Below, one piece after another: positions 16,259-25,699 of a DNA stretch of 54,754 nucleotides. The notes beneath the pieces are model-generated. The model was given only the letters and a program-made list of their open reading frames with translations, was not told where the DNA came from and did no database searches. The translations under genes were made by a program, and so were the position numbers. Position 1 is the stretch's first letter; the number at the start of each line of letters is the position of its first letter. The DNA is from Candidatus Aenigmatarchaeota archaeon (lineage in GTDB: Archaea > Aenigmatarchaeota > Aenigmatarchaeia > JACPZZ01): the NCBI GenBank assembly GCA_016177205.1, contig JACOVS010000039.1:1-54754 (forward strand), given 5' to 3'.

Positions 16259-18529
16259 TCACATGGCCCTAGCCGTTAATCGCACGCGTTCCCTGGCCCT
16301 TGAAGAAAACCACTTGTCCCACCTGGAAAATATTTCCTTCGGGTCCAAATAACCCGTTTCTTCCTTCAGCCTGGACGAGATTATGTGGAACTGTTCATTG
16401 GATTGCATCACCCACGGCGCTTCCATCAATTCGGGCTGGTTAAGTTTTATGGAATAATCCACCATCGCCTTTTTGATGTTGGCGCGCAGCTGTATGTTTT
16501 CCCACACGTCTTCCCAGCGTCCTTCCCACTCCCTTGTTAACGACGCGATGCGGTTTATTATTTCAGATTCTCCTGTTGAAAGTATTTCCGTTGGCTTCAA
16601 TGAATCAGAAGCCGCAGAATATTCCATCAGGTTTACAAACCCTTTCTCTTCGTACGGGTCGGATTTCCAGTGTTTCCTGACCTCTGTTAACTCGGTCACT
16701 CGTCTAAAACGATGCAAACCGTCCGCAGAGCGCAGCATCTTTGATATTACGATTATATCCGTCGCTTTGAAACTTGTTGACGGAACTCCGAGATCATTTA
16801 CGACGCGGTCGTAAACGCCGTAAGGCGACTCGCCGTGTATCGTCCCTGCGACGACGTTGGATAACGCGCCAATACGCATCGCCTCATAGAGTGCGCGGGC
16901 TTCCGTGCTTCGCACTTCTCCCACGATCAAAGAAGAGTCGCCCAACCGCAACGCAGTTCGCAGCGCCTCGTCCGCTGCCATCTCTGTTTCAACGTGTGTT
17001 ATCACGGAACGCGATTTCAACCGTTCAATGTTGTATCCTATTCTTCTCATGTAATCGACGGCAAGTTCAATGGTATCTTCAACGGTTAGGATTCGCTTGT
17101 TCGGTGAGATTTCCAGCATCAGGGCATTTAAAAGTGAAGTTTTGCCGCTGCCTCTTCCGCCTGCAACAAGCATGCTTGACGACCCGTCCACCAAAAAACT
17201 CATCACACCCGCGAACAGGGGGTCTATCATCCCGGATTTTATGAACAACGGAAGCGTCCAGGGTTTATCCCTGTGTCTTCGGAAAGCGAATGCCAAACCC
17301 TCGGGCGACAGTGTTTTTGTGATCGCCGCAACTCTCGCCCTGCCGCCGGGAACGGTTATGTCCGTGTCTAAAACAGGGTTCGCTTCGTCTAAAGGTCTTC
17401 CAGACGCGATTCGGAACCGCGTCGCCCATGACTCGGCGTCGCCCTTTGTCGGTATCAGGTTTGTCGAGCATTCGTTGTAATCTGAATGGTTTATGTAAAT
17501 AGGATTTTGTCCTATCGGCGAGTTGATGTAAATGTCCTGTATCTTCTCGTCGGCCAGTAGGATTTCTAACACGCCGAACCCGGCCGTGTACCTTGTCAGG
17601 ATTTTTGTCATGTTTTCAATCTCCGCAGGGTTCAGAAAAATTCCCATGCTCGTCGACAAGTCCCGTATCATGTCGCGCCCTATGTTGGCGAATATTTCCC
17701 TGGCGCTTTCCGGGTCTGAGAACTCGGTCTCAACAGGCTTGTGCTCTGCCATATAACGCCTCGCAGCGTCCAACAGCATGTACTTGTCCTCTGTTAACTG
17801 GAATTCTGGCGGCACAACATGGTAGACCAGTTCGGATTTCGTCGGTATGCGGTAAACCTCAACTTCGATGTCGCCCACCTTGTACCTATCTATGGCCTGC
17901 CCGTCCTTTGGCGTCGCCGACATGAACCTCGTTAGCATGAAGTTCGGCCTTATGGTAGGATGGAAAATTTCCCGGTAAAGCGTGCGGTCCCCGATGTGGT
18001 AACCGGCAATGTTGTCCTTCACAAGCTGGATTAACGCGGTCGATTCAAGGATCCGCTGTATGGGGGCGAGCGCGTTGTTGACGTAATGGGCGTAGCATTG
18101 TATGTGGTAGGGGTTTTTTTTCGCGTCCATCTTTACTTTCCGTATCTCGCGCAGTACCTCTGCGTACGCCCCTATGGGGTCGCGCCGCATCAGGTCAACA
18201 ACAATCCGCTGCGCGTTGTGGCTTCGTTCCTGTGTGTGGCGGTCGCATTCCGGTATTGTTAAATTCGTCACAGTCAGCAGGCGGCGCCCGCGCACGATCT
18301 CGTCCAACGCGTTCGCGATCTCGGCCAGGAGCCTGGTCTGCTCCCAGTCGTATTCATACTCCCTGGTCTCTGCAAGAATAATGCGGGAGACCTTTTTCAC
18401 CTCGATTATTTTGTCTATGGCCGCGGCCATTATCGCCTCGAAGTCTTCGAGGCTAGACCCGTATAGCGTTCCCAGCGTGTTCAGGCGTATGGAATTGTCC
18501 TCCGGGCTGTAGTCAAACTTGAGAGCCAT
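16259..18529 (-). CDS. type IV pilus assembly ATPase (VirB11/TadA/ArlI family) with long N-terminal extension
   Basis: Walker A GGRGSGKT, VEDT.EL Asp box, Walker B LIVGEVR, His box GTIHG. Confidence 0.95.
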   Translation of the reverse strand: MALKFDYSPEDNSIRLNTLGTLYGSSLEDFEAIMAAAIDKIIEVKKVSRIILAETREYEYDWEQTRLLAEIANALDEIVRGRRLLTVTNLTIPECDRHTQERSHNAQRIVVDLMRRDPIGAYAEVLREIRKVKMDAKKNPYHIQCYAHYVNNALAPIQRILESTALIQLVKDNIAGYHIGDRTLYREIFHPTIRPNFMLTRFMSATPKDGQAIDRYKVGDIEVEVYRIPTKSELVYHVVPPEFQLTEDKYMLLDAARRYMAEHKPVETEFSDPESAREIFANIGRDMIRDLSTSMGIFLNPAEIENMTKILTRYTAGFGVLEILLADEKIQDIYINSPIGQNPIYINHSDYNECSTNLIPTKGDAESWATRFRIASGRPLDEANPVLDTDITVPGGRARVAAITKTLSPEGLAFAFRRHRDKPWTLPLFIKSGMIDPLFAGVMSFLVDGSSSMLVAGGRGSGKTSLLNALMLEISPNKRILTVEDTIELAVDYMRRIGYNIERLKSRSVITHVETEMAADEALRTALRLGDSSLIVGEVRSTEARALYEAMRIGALSNVVAGTIHGESPYGVYDRVVNDLGVPSTSFKATDIIVISKMLRSADGLHRFRRVTELTEVRKHWKSDPYEEKGFVNLMEYSAASDSLKPTEILSTGESEIINRIASLTREWEGRWEDVWENIQLRANIKKAMVDYSIKLNQPELMEAPWVMQSNEQFHIISSRLKEETGYLDPKEIFSRWDKWFSSRARERVRLTARAM

Positions 18530-18569
18530 ATATTATATTACCCCTTAAACTAAATTGTATTTGGGTAAT

Positions 18570-18989
18570 ATGGCCGTTTTCGATAAAAAGCCGGCCAACG
18601 TGCAGGCTGTAATCGCAGAGTTGATAAGGCGCTTAAACGACAATTCAAAAAGGCTTCGTCTGGTGGAGCAGAAAATTCTAAGCCTTGAATCCGCAATCTC
18701 CGGCATAGACCAGAACGCTGTCGAGCAATTCAAGCAGGCCAAGGTGTCTTCGGATAAATTAAACGCGGAAATAAGCGAGCTCGGAAACCGCATGGGGAGG
18801 ATAGAAGACGAAACGAGAAGGCTTGCAAAGCAGATGGAGCGCGCCGCGACTAAGACGGAACTCCGTGAAATACAGGGTTTCATTGATTTGATAAACCCGA
18901 TAAAATCAAACTTTGTGACAATACAGGAAGTCAGGAAAATGATCGAGGAACTGAAAAAGCAGCAACCCTCTCAATTGCCAGCCGGATAA
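18570..18989 (+). CDS. coiled-coil protein, divergent from the pilus ATPase
   Basis: heptad pattern; ATG at 18570 (ORF is open from 18555). Confidence 0.7.
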   Translation: MAVFDKKPANVQAVIAELIRRLNDNSKRLRLVEQKILSLESAISGIDQNAVEQFKQAKVSSDKLNAEISELGNRMGRIEDETRRLAKQMERAATKTELREIQGFIDLINPIKSNFVTIQEVRKMIEELKKQQPSQLPAG

Positions 18990-19032
18990 TAAGCATTTAT
19001 TAAGAGTCGGGTAAAATTAATTGGGTATCTCA

Positions 19033-19692
19033 ATGTGGCTGTTTAAGAAGAAAGCTCAGGAGGAAAAGGCAATGCCTGTAAACATGCCCAGACCGGCTGC
19101 GCAGGACCCTGGTTTTTCCGCGTCAATGGACAGCCAGCCGACGCAGCAGGTCATGACCGCTGTTAAAGAGGCTGTGATCCAGCCCCGCCAGCCGGTGCAG
19201 CAGGAAATGCAACCTATGGGCTTCGCCGTTCCTGAGCCTCCACAAACGCAGCAAAACGATTACGAATTTCCCGTTGAACAACCGCAACCACAGCCTTCGG
19301 CGGAGTGGGAGCCGGCTGTTCCTGAAATGGCGGAAGTTCCTGTCGCGTTAAGTTCTACCCCAACGGCAACAGAGATTGAGGAGGTCGTCGAAGCCGTTGT
19401 CGAGGAAAAATGGAGGCAGCTTGAATTCCGCATAGATGCGATGGAAAAGCGGTTTGACTCTGTTAACGAACGATTACACGACATCGACCTTCAGATGCGC
19501 ACCATAAAGGAATCCGGCACAGCAGCTTCGGGCGGGATCGAAGGAAAACTTGACCAGTATCACGAAAACCTTGACCAGATCGACGCGCGAATCGGATCAA
19601 TTGAAAAGGCCTTTAAAGAAACCCTGCCGTCAATGATAGAATCCGTGCGGGCTGTCAATGATTCTTTGCAGAAGATGGGGAATAAGCAGTAA
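19033..19692 (+). CDS. Pro/Gln-rich plus coiled-coil protein
   Basis: MWLFKKK start, low-complexity N-half, IEEVVEAVVEEKW then coiled coil. Confidence 0.75.
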   Translation: MWLFKKKAQEEKAMPVNMPRPAAQDPGFSASMDSQPTQQVMTAVKEAVIQPRQPVQQEMQPMGFAVPEPPQTQQNDYEFPVEQPQPQPSAEWEPAVPEMAEVPVALSSTPTATEIEEVVEAVVEEKWRQLEFRIDAMEKRFDSVNERLHDIDLQMRTIKESGTAASGGIEGKLDQYHENLDQIDARIGSIEKAFKETLPSMIESVRAVNDSLQKMGNKQ

Positions 19693-19714
19693 AAAGCCAT
19701 TCTATATCATATGA

Positions 19715-20206
19715 TTATAATATCTGAGGCCTTCCCATATTGGGAACTCTGAGCCCAAACAATCGCCTCGCACTCTCGAAACTTCCCAATGAAAATTCGA
19801 TGTCCATTTTCTCCAACTCGCCCAATATCAGGTCAACAGTTAATTCGGAATCAAAGCAATAGGCGCCTTGGCCCGGTTTACACGATTCTGCATCAACCTT
19901 GCTTGACGCCAATCCAGAAGACGACAGGTCATAAACCCAGTAATCATTCCAGCACGTATGAGAACGACCCTGCTCGTCTCTCGCCCTGACTGCACGGCCG
20001 CGATATCCTCTATTATCAAAACCTTCGCTCCAAACAGTGCCTCTGAAAAGGTACGGTTCTGCTTCATAAACTGTGTTCCCGCCCGGGTTAATTTTACCTG
20101 CGTTAGTTTCCAGTAAAGGCCTGTCTCTTAAACATCTTTCTATAGCCTGGCAGGAAAACGCAACCGACAAATTCTTGAAAGTCGCAGACCGGGAATAATT
20201 AGCCAT
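19715..20206 (-). CDS. hypothetical protein (orphan-like)
   Basis: ORF fills the gap between convergent units; probable ATG at 20206. Confidence 0.45.
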   Translation of the reverse strand: MANYSRSATFKNLSVAFSCQAIERCLRDRPLLETNAGKINPGGNTVYEAEPYLFRGTVWSEGFDNRGYRGRAVRARDEQGRSHTCWNDYWVYDLSSSGLASSKVDAESCKPGQGAYCFDSELTVDLILGELEKMDIEFSLGSFESARRLFGLRVPNMGRPQIL

Positions 20207-20261
20207 ACCGGATTGATAAAAGAAAAGAGATATAAACACCAAGCGCTTAAATACCCGCTCA

Positions 20262-20834
20262 CTATTTTTTGGGCTTGCCTGTAGCAGGATCTATTTCTTC
20301 CCCGGTACTCGTCTTCCCCTCATGTACCACAAACCATATTACGGCGCCGATTATGCCGAAAAACACCAGCATCGTCAGTAGCTCGCTCGGATTAAAGTCT
20401 GCCCCGCCGAACGAAAAGGCGCCCGAATTGGCATTAATGAAAAGCCCTGCAGCGAGTATCAGCGCAATGACAATAACCGCGTATTTGAAACTGCCTGTCG
20501 TAAATTCGCTTGATTTCAGCCCGAAGATCCCCACAAACATCAGCAGGACCAGAACGCCCGAGAGCACAATTATTGAACTGCCGAACAACTTGCTGAAAAA
20601 CGACGACAAGAAGCCCGAGTAAGGCGTGAAAAACGTGAGATAAAACGCAACTGTCAGCGATATTACCGCGTCGACCGATGTGTTGGGCTTGTCCTCTTTT
20701 CCTTTCTTGAACACATTAACAGTCTGCAATATGCCAAAAACGATCGAAAACGCCAACAACCAGGGCAGGACAAAATCGTAAAATCCCATCGCCTTTAGCG
20801 TGTTCTGCAACGCGATAAAATCAAGTGCTGCCAT
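20262..20834 (-). CDS. multi-pass membrane protein, paralog 1 of tandem family
   Basis: GFYDFVLPWLLAFSIVFGIL motif; 5-6 TM. Confidence 0.8.
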   Translation of the reverse strand: MAALDFIALQNTLKAMGFYDFVLPWLLAFSIVFGILQTVNVFKKGKEDKPNTSVDAVISLTVAFYLTFFTPYSGFLSSFFSKLFGSSIIVLSGVLVLLMFVGIFGLKSSEFTTGSFKYAVIVIALILAAGLFINANSGAFSFGGADFNPSELLTMLVFFGIIGAVIWFVVHEGKTSTGEEIDPATGKPKK

Positions 20835-20885
20835 TATCTACGATACTCCTCGCAACTATTTAATATCATCTTTTGCTTAGTAAGC

Positions 20886-20948
20886 TTTTCTTTTCCGTTG
20901 AGGCTTTTCTTCTTTTGATCAAACTTTCTAAAAGTTTGAAGAAAAGGG
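20886..20948. repeat. degenerate family A copy with a family B palindrome nested in its loop
   Basis: CTTTTCTTC [TTTTGATCAAACTTTCTAAAAGTTT] GAAGAAAAG. Confidence 0.6.
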
Positions 20949-21434
20949 TCATTTCGCTATATACGCCAGCGCCACGACTATGAATATCATCACGGCTATT
21001 ATCGACAGCTGGTCGCCGGTGATCTTTATCCCGCCGACCGTGAATAACAGGAATATTATAAATGCTATCAAAAGTATGATCGCCAGCCCGCCGCCCTTGA
21101 TGTTCTCGGCCTTGAATATGTCCTCGCCCTTCAAACCCACCAAACCCATCAGCAGCAAAACAACGAAAATCCCTGTGAGTATCAGGATGCCGACGCCGAA
21201 CACCTGCGTGAAGAACGAGTCGAGCGCAAACCCGGCTGGCGTGTAGTTCACAACGAAAAACGCAGCGACAAGCGCGATCACGCCGATCAGCGATTTCTGC
21301 TTCTCATCGAACAGCTTGGTCTTCAAAAGCACGCCGTACACAATGGCCAGCGTGAACAGGAATGGAAGGACAAACTTGTAAAAGCCTATCTGGTTTAAGT
21401 TCCCCAGGAGGGGCGTGAAAATGTTTTCGACCAT
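20949..21434 (-). CDS. multi-pass membrane protein, paralog 2
   Basis: GFYKFVLPFLFTLAIVYGVL motif. Confidence 0.8.
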   Translation of the reverse strand: MVENIFTPLLGNLNQIGFYKFVLPFLFTLAIVYGVLLKTKLFDEKQKSLIGVIALVAAFFVVNYTPAGFALDSFFTQVFGVGILILTGIFVVLLLMGLVGLKGEDIFKAENIKGGGLAIILLIAFIIFLLFTVGGIKITGDQLSIIAVMIFIVVALAYIAK

Positions 21435-21467
21435 AATATTACCTCTTCCCGCGAGCTTTTATTATTA

Positions 21468-22061
21468 CTAATAACCTTCATCAGGGTGCGGCGGGAACCA
21501 GTTGTTCCACAAGCGCCTAGTCGGCCCAGGGCTTACGACTATCGCCACCAGTGCGGTGACGATCAGCACGATTATCATCAGCGCCGTTGTGTCCGGGTCC
21601 AGTTTTATCCCTATATTCTCAAACCAGCCCGTGCCCAGCAGGAATATGAAAACAATAACCACTATAAGGCCGGCCACCGACCCACCGGATACGCCAAAAA
21701 GCCTGCCGAATATGCCCACGCCAGGCCTGTGCGCCCCTCCAAGGCTCAGCGCGCCCAGGATTATCATGAACATGACCAAACCCACTATCGCAACCGCTCC
21801 GGTGCCGTACAGGTTGGTCAGGAACTGCCCCATAGCTCCGTAAGGCCCGTAAAATATGGCGAAAAACGATATCGCCAGGGCTATTACCACGTTGATGCTG
21901 TTCTTCCTGAATATGTGTATGGTGTCAAGAACGCCGAAAGCTATCACAAACGTTAGCAGGAACGGAACAATCAGCTCCTGCGCCTGGTATTTTTCCAGGA
22001 AGTTGAAAATTGCCGAAGCCGCGGAGGAGGGCGGAGCTTGAAACGCGACCGAAAACGCCAT
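21468..22061 (-). CDS. multi-pass membrane protein, paralog 3
   Basis: LIVPFLLTFVIAFGVLD.I.IF motif; ATG at 22061 (ORF is open to 22082). Confidence 0.8.
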   Translation of the reverse strand: MAFSVAFQAPPSSAASAIFNFLEKYQAQELIVPFLLTFVIAFGVLDTIHIFRKNSINVVIALAISFFAIFYGPYGAMGQFLTNLYGTGAVAIVGLVMFMIILGALSLGGAHRPGVGIFGRLFGVSGGSVAGLIVVIVFIFLLGTGWFENIGIKLDPDTTALMIIVLIVTALVAIVVSPGPTRRLWNNWFPPHPDEGY

Positions 22062-22100
22062 AGTATTAGTTCTCCGCGCCAAATCTTAAATACTGATAAA

Positions 22101-22901
22101 TCATGTTGCGCTTAATTCCAGCGCGGTTTCCCTCGCTTTAAGCCGTTCAAGCCTCTGGTTTATTCTTGCCATCTCATCCTCGATCGCGGTTTTTTCTGCG
22201 TCGCCGGTTGCCTTAACCAGCCTTTGGTTCAAATCCTTCAGTGCCTGCTCAAGTATTTTTTCCTGGTCGCGCATAAGGTCCTCCTGCCCCATAACGTTTT
22301 TCAGCACGCCTGTCTTCCTTCCCTTCTTGTCCCACCAGATAAGGAAAATGCCCAGCCCTGCGCCCACGGAAAAAAGTATGTAAACCAGCGGGCCAACAAT
22401 CCCCCTGCTGATAATAAACCCGATGCCACCGAAAAAGACGCCCACGCCCACCGCGTCCAGCAGATAGGCAAGCGCGCCGCTGAAAATTCCGGAATAGCCG
22501 AAAGATGTGATCCTGGACCTGAGCTTGCCCGTTACCTGCAGCGCAAGGAACGACAAAACCAGGGCCGGGATCATTTGAAGGTTTGAGGCAAACAATCCCA
22601 CGTAGTCCCAAAAACCGTTTCGCAGCATCAGAAACACCAGAAGCAACGGGATCCAGAAGTTGGCAGCGCCTGAATGGAATATGCCGAGCTCTTTCCATAT
22701 TTCATACGCAAAGAACAGCGCGATAACGACAGGAGCCACGGCAAAGGTAAGGACGCTGGGCCACGAAATCAGGTATTCCGCAGGCACGCCAAACCAATTT
22801 TTCCAGAAATTTATCGTCCCCTCGGACAGCGCGGGCTGCGCAGCCGCGAACGGCAACAGGGCCGAAAATGCCAGGAAAACATGTAAAAAAAGTTTTTTCA
22901 T
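22101..22901 (-). CDS. membrane protein with signal peptide and C-terminal coiled coil, paralog 4
   Basis: AAAQ signal end; VAPVVI..YEIWKELGIF; coiled-coil tail. Confidence 0.75.
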   Translation of the reverse strand: MKKLFLHVFLAFSALLPFAAAQPALSEGTINFWKNWFGVPAEYLISWPSVLTFAVAPVVIALFFAYEIWKELGIFHSGAANFWIPLLLVFLMLRNGFWDYVGLFASNLQMIPALVLSFLALQVTGKLRSRITSFGYSGIFSGALAYLLDAVGVGVFFGGIGFIISRGIVGPLVYILFSVGAGLGIFLIWWDKKGRKTGVLKNVMGQEDLMRDQEKILEQALKDLNQRLVKATGDAEKTAIEDEMARINQRLERLKARETALELSAT

Positions 22902-22932
22902 AAAAGAATATGGTAACTCGTGCTTAATGTGT

Positions 22933-23811
22933 TTACACTTTTATTCTTCTCGCCAACTCTTTCAGTTCGTTTCCGGTGCGCGCCCTTAACCACGCAGGCG
23001 TCCAGCCCCTGTCTTGGCCTCCGGAATCGATTATCGCCTGTACCGCAGCGTTTTGAATAGCTGGGGTATAGCCGGCCAAAAGGGCTGGCGTGGCAGCCTC
23101 TTTGATAGTCGCAAGGTCGGTGAGCGCCTTGACCAAAGGCGCAACCTCTTCCTTGGCCGCGCGTATTTCCTGCTCCAAAACCCTGTTCTCGCTTCCTAGC
23201 TGTTTGCTGAGCGGCGCATGCCTTCCCAGCCAGCCCCGGAACATTACCAGCAGCGGCACGCCAATGGTCATGACCCACCTGAGCCATGAATAGCCTTTCA
23301 AAATCCCGTTCGTGCCTGTAAGGAACCCGAAAACAAAATACATCATTAGGCCGTAAGTCGCTGCGCTCAGAATCTCCAGAACAGCGGTTGGCAGCCCTGT
23401 CCTGGGTCCGAAGATGTCCAGGAATCTGGGAAGTATGGATATCCCGACAATGACAACAAGTGTTGTCAGCCCGCCCCCGTATATCCCGATAATGACCTGG
23501 CCCAGAACGTTTGTCGGAATCATCAGTATTGTCGCAAGGAAGGCGATTGCAAAGTTTATGCCGCCTTTCCTGAACAGCCTTATTTCGTCAAGTATGCCGT
23601 AAACTATGATCAGCATCAGCGCCCACGGAATAAATATAAAAAAGATGAGGTTTGAGCCGGTTGCGGATTCCTCCGGAATGTTAAGCAGCGCTGCCATGGA
23701 TTTTGCCAAACTTCCAGAAGTCGCCTGCGCCGCTGCCATAAAAGGCAGCAACAGCACAGTTGATAAAACCGCGTAAAGAACCAGATTTTGTTTGTCGCCG
23801 TTTATGTGCAT
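22933..23811 (-). CDS. membrane protein with signal peptide and C-terminal helical domain, paralog 5
   Basis: AAAQ signal end; FIFIPWALMLIIVYGILDEIRLF motif. Confidence 0.75.
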   Translation of the reverse strand: MHINGDKQNLVLYAVLSTVLLLPFMAAAQATSGSLAKSMAALLNIPEESATGSNLIFFIFIPWALMLIIVYGILDEIRLFRKGGINFAIAFLATILMIPTNVLGQVIIGIYGGGLTTLVVIVGISILPRFLDIFGPRTGLPTAVLEILSAATYGLMMYFVFGFLTGTNGILKGYSWLRWVMTIGVPLLVMFRGWLGRHAPLSKQLGSENRVLEQEIRAAKEEVAPLVKALTDLATIKEAATPALLAGYTPAIQNAAVQAIIDSGGQDRGWTPAWLRARTGNELKELARRIKV

Positions 23812-23857
23812 TGGATCTTCCTTTTCAATTATTTGCTTAGTACGTATTTAAAGCGTT

Positions 23858-24544
23858 CTATCTGCGCGCCCTGAGCGCTGCCAGGTCCCTTGAAAGGGCG
23901 GACACCCTGACTTTTCTTTTCAGGTCTCTCCGGTTTGTTCTCGACACCCTTTCTCCGGCTTTCTGTTTTCTGTATTCCGTCTCGCGTTTGGCATACTCCT
24001 TTGCATATCCCTGGTGTCTGCCTATTTCCGCTACCACGGTATCCGTCGCCGTGTCCATGTTCCTTGCAAGTGCTTTTTGGTAGGCGGCGTCGTCCGCCTG
24101 CCTGAGTCCCAGATCATCAAGTCTATTTCCTATCTCGTTAATGTAATTCACGGCTTCTCCCACGGAAGCTGCCAGTTTGTCGATTCTTCCGGGTATCCTA
24201 CGATCCGGTTTTCTTATCCTTCCCGAATGTTTAACTCTTCCGGCCTCAGATTCGACAGCGGATTTTACAACGCCGACTTGGTATTTGACGATGTCAGCCG
24301 ACTTCTGCATAACGCCTCTTGCGTAACCCCGGATTTCTTTTTCCAGGTCGCGTATCATGCCCCGCGCCAGTGAATATCTGTGGTGTTCCAGCGTTCCGGG
24401 CGTCGGTGCGGCGGGCAGCGCATCCTGTGCGTCTTTCAGGTATTCCGCAGCCCTTCCGATAACCCGTATCGGGTCCCTGCCTTTTTCCAGTGTGCTGCGC
24501 GCATTGTTGATCGCGGCCGAAATACTGTCGTACTGGTCTGCCAT
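23858..24544 (-). CDS. alpha-helical basic protein, paralog of 26969..27646
   Basis: shared P(I/V)RV...AA, EIRGYAR.V and ADD motifs. Confidence 0.7.
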   Translation of the reverse strand: MADQYDSISAAINNARSTLEKGRDPIRVIGRAAEYLKDAQDALPAAPTPGTLEHHRYSLARGMIRDLEKEIRGYARGVMQKSADIVKYQVGVVKSAVESEAGRVKHSGRIRKPDRRIPGRIDKLAASVGEAVNYINEIGNRLDDLGLRQADDAAYQKALARNMDTATDTVVAEIGRHQGYAKEYAKRETEYRKQKAGERVSRTNRRDLKRKVRVSALSRDLAALRARR

Positions 24545-24619
24545 AACTGAATAATATTCTGCTCGCCACGGATAAAAGCTTTAATTTTCTTATTAATCGG
24601 CTCTGCGGAATACTATAAT

Positions 24620-25699
24620 ATGAAATACGAGCCTGTCGATGCCATCAAAGACTCGTGCTCCAGGATACTCTCGCGCTACGGCAGCAGGATAAAGGCCATA
24701 TGGATCTACGGGTCTTTTGCGCGGGGCGACGCCAAGCGGACGTCGGACATTGACGTAATGACCCTGGTCGACGACGCGACGTCGGATATTTCAGGCTCAA
24801 CGCTTGCTGAGATTACCGACGCTATTTCCGCAATAAACAGGGACGTCAAGGAGAAGACAAAAATAAACATCCACTTCCAGCCTGCGAAAAGATTAACGGA
24901 CTGGTGGGACCTGCTGCGCTCCGGCGAACCGTGGGTCTTCACTTCGATGCGCGACGCCTTGCCCGTTTATGACCCGTCAGGATACGTCGAGCCGTTAAGC
25001 CGGCTGCTGAAGGAAGGGCGTTTAACAGGAACATCAGAACGCTCCCAGCTGCTGATCCAGCGCGCGCCGTCGCGTTTGGAGGATGTACGCAAAATATTTT
25101 TGGAGGACATAACGTCGGACCTGCTGTTTGCCATGGTCGAAGCGGGGCAGGCGGTTTTAATGTTCTACGGCATCGCGCCTCCGTCTGCGAAAAATCTCGG
25201 AAACGCCCTGCGTAAAAATTTTGTATCTAAAAAAATCCTTGAAAATTACTATACGACAATCGTGGACGATTTCTACGAGTTGACGAGAAAGATCGATCAT
25301 AGCGAGCTCACAAAGCTAAAGGCCGTGGAAATTTATTCGTGGGTTTCGAAGGCCCGCGATTTCATTTACAGGATGGAGGACATTTTCTCTAAGTTGGAGA
25401 GCGAAAAGAAAAAGGAGATGATCGAAGAGTCGAATGAAGTGGCGTTCACGGCCTGCAGGAACATACTGAAACGGAAGGGCGTAAAGGTTAACGAGGAAAA
25501 CATCCTGCATTTCGTGGAAAAGGAGCTGGTGAAAACGGGTTTGGTGTCTAAAGGCTACCTGGAAATTTTGAAAAAAATAAAATCCATGAAAGAGGCGTCC
25601 GACAAAAACAGGCTGCATGAAATAACGGAGAAGGACGTGTACACGTCCCGCCTTTACGCAAAAAACCTTGAAACCCTTCTTAAAGAGGTCAGGAAATGA
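24620..25699 (+). CDS. minimal nucleotidyltransferase (MNT)-HEPN fusion, long form
   Basis: YGSFARG...SDIDV pol-beta motif; HEPN-like helices with RKIDH. Confidence 0.85.
   Translation: MKYEPVDAIKDSCSRILSRYGSRIKAIWIYGSFARGDAKRTSDIDVMTLVDDATSDISGSTLAEITDAISAINRDVKEKTKINIHFQPAKRLTDWWDLLRSGEPWVFTSMRDALPVYDPSGYVEPLSRLLKEGRLTGTSERSQLLIQRAPSRLEDVRKIFLEDITSDLLFAMVEAGQAVLMFYGIAPPSAKNLGNALRKNFVSKKILENYYTTIVDDFYELTRKIDHSELTKLKAVEIYSWVSKARDFIYRMEDIFSKLESEKKKEMIEESNEVAFTACRNILKRKGVKVNEENILHFVEKELVKTGLVSKGYLEILKKIKSMKEASDKNRLHEITEKDVYTSRLYAKNLETLLKEVRK

Noticed and set aside
14182..18529. Archaellum (arlI/arlJ) operon
   Set aside because: No arlH, arlF, arlG or archaellin-like sequences are recognisable.
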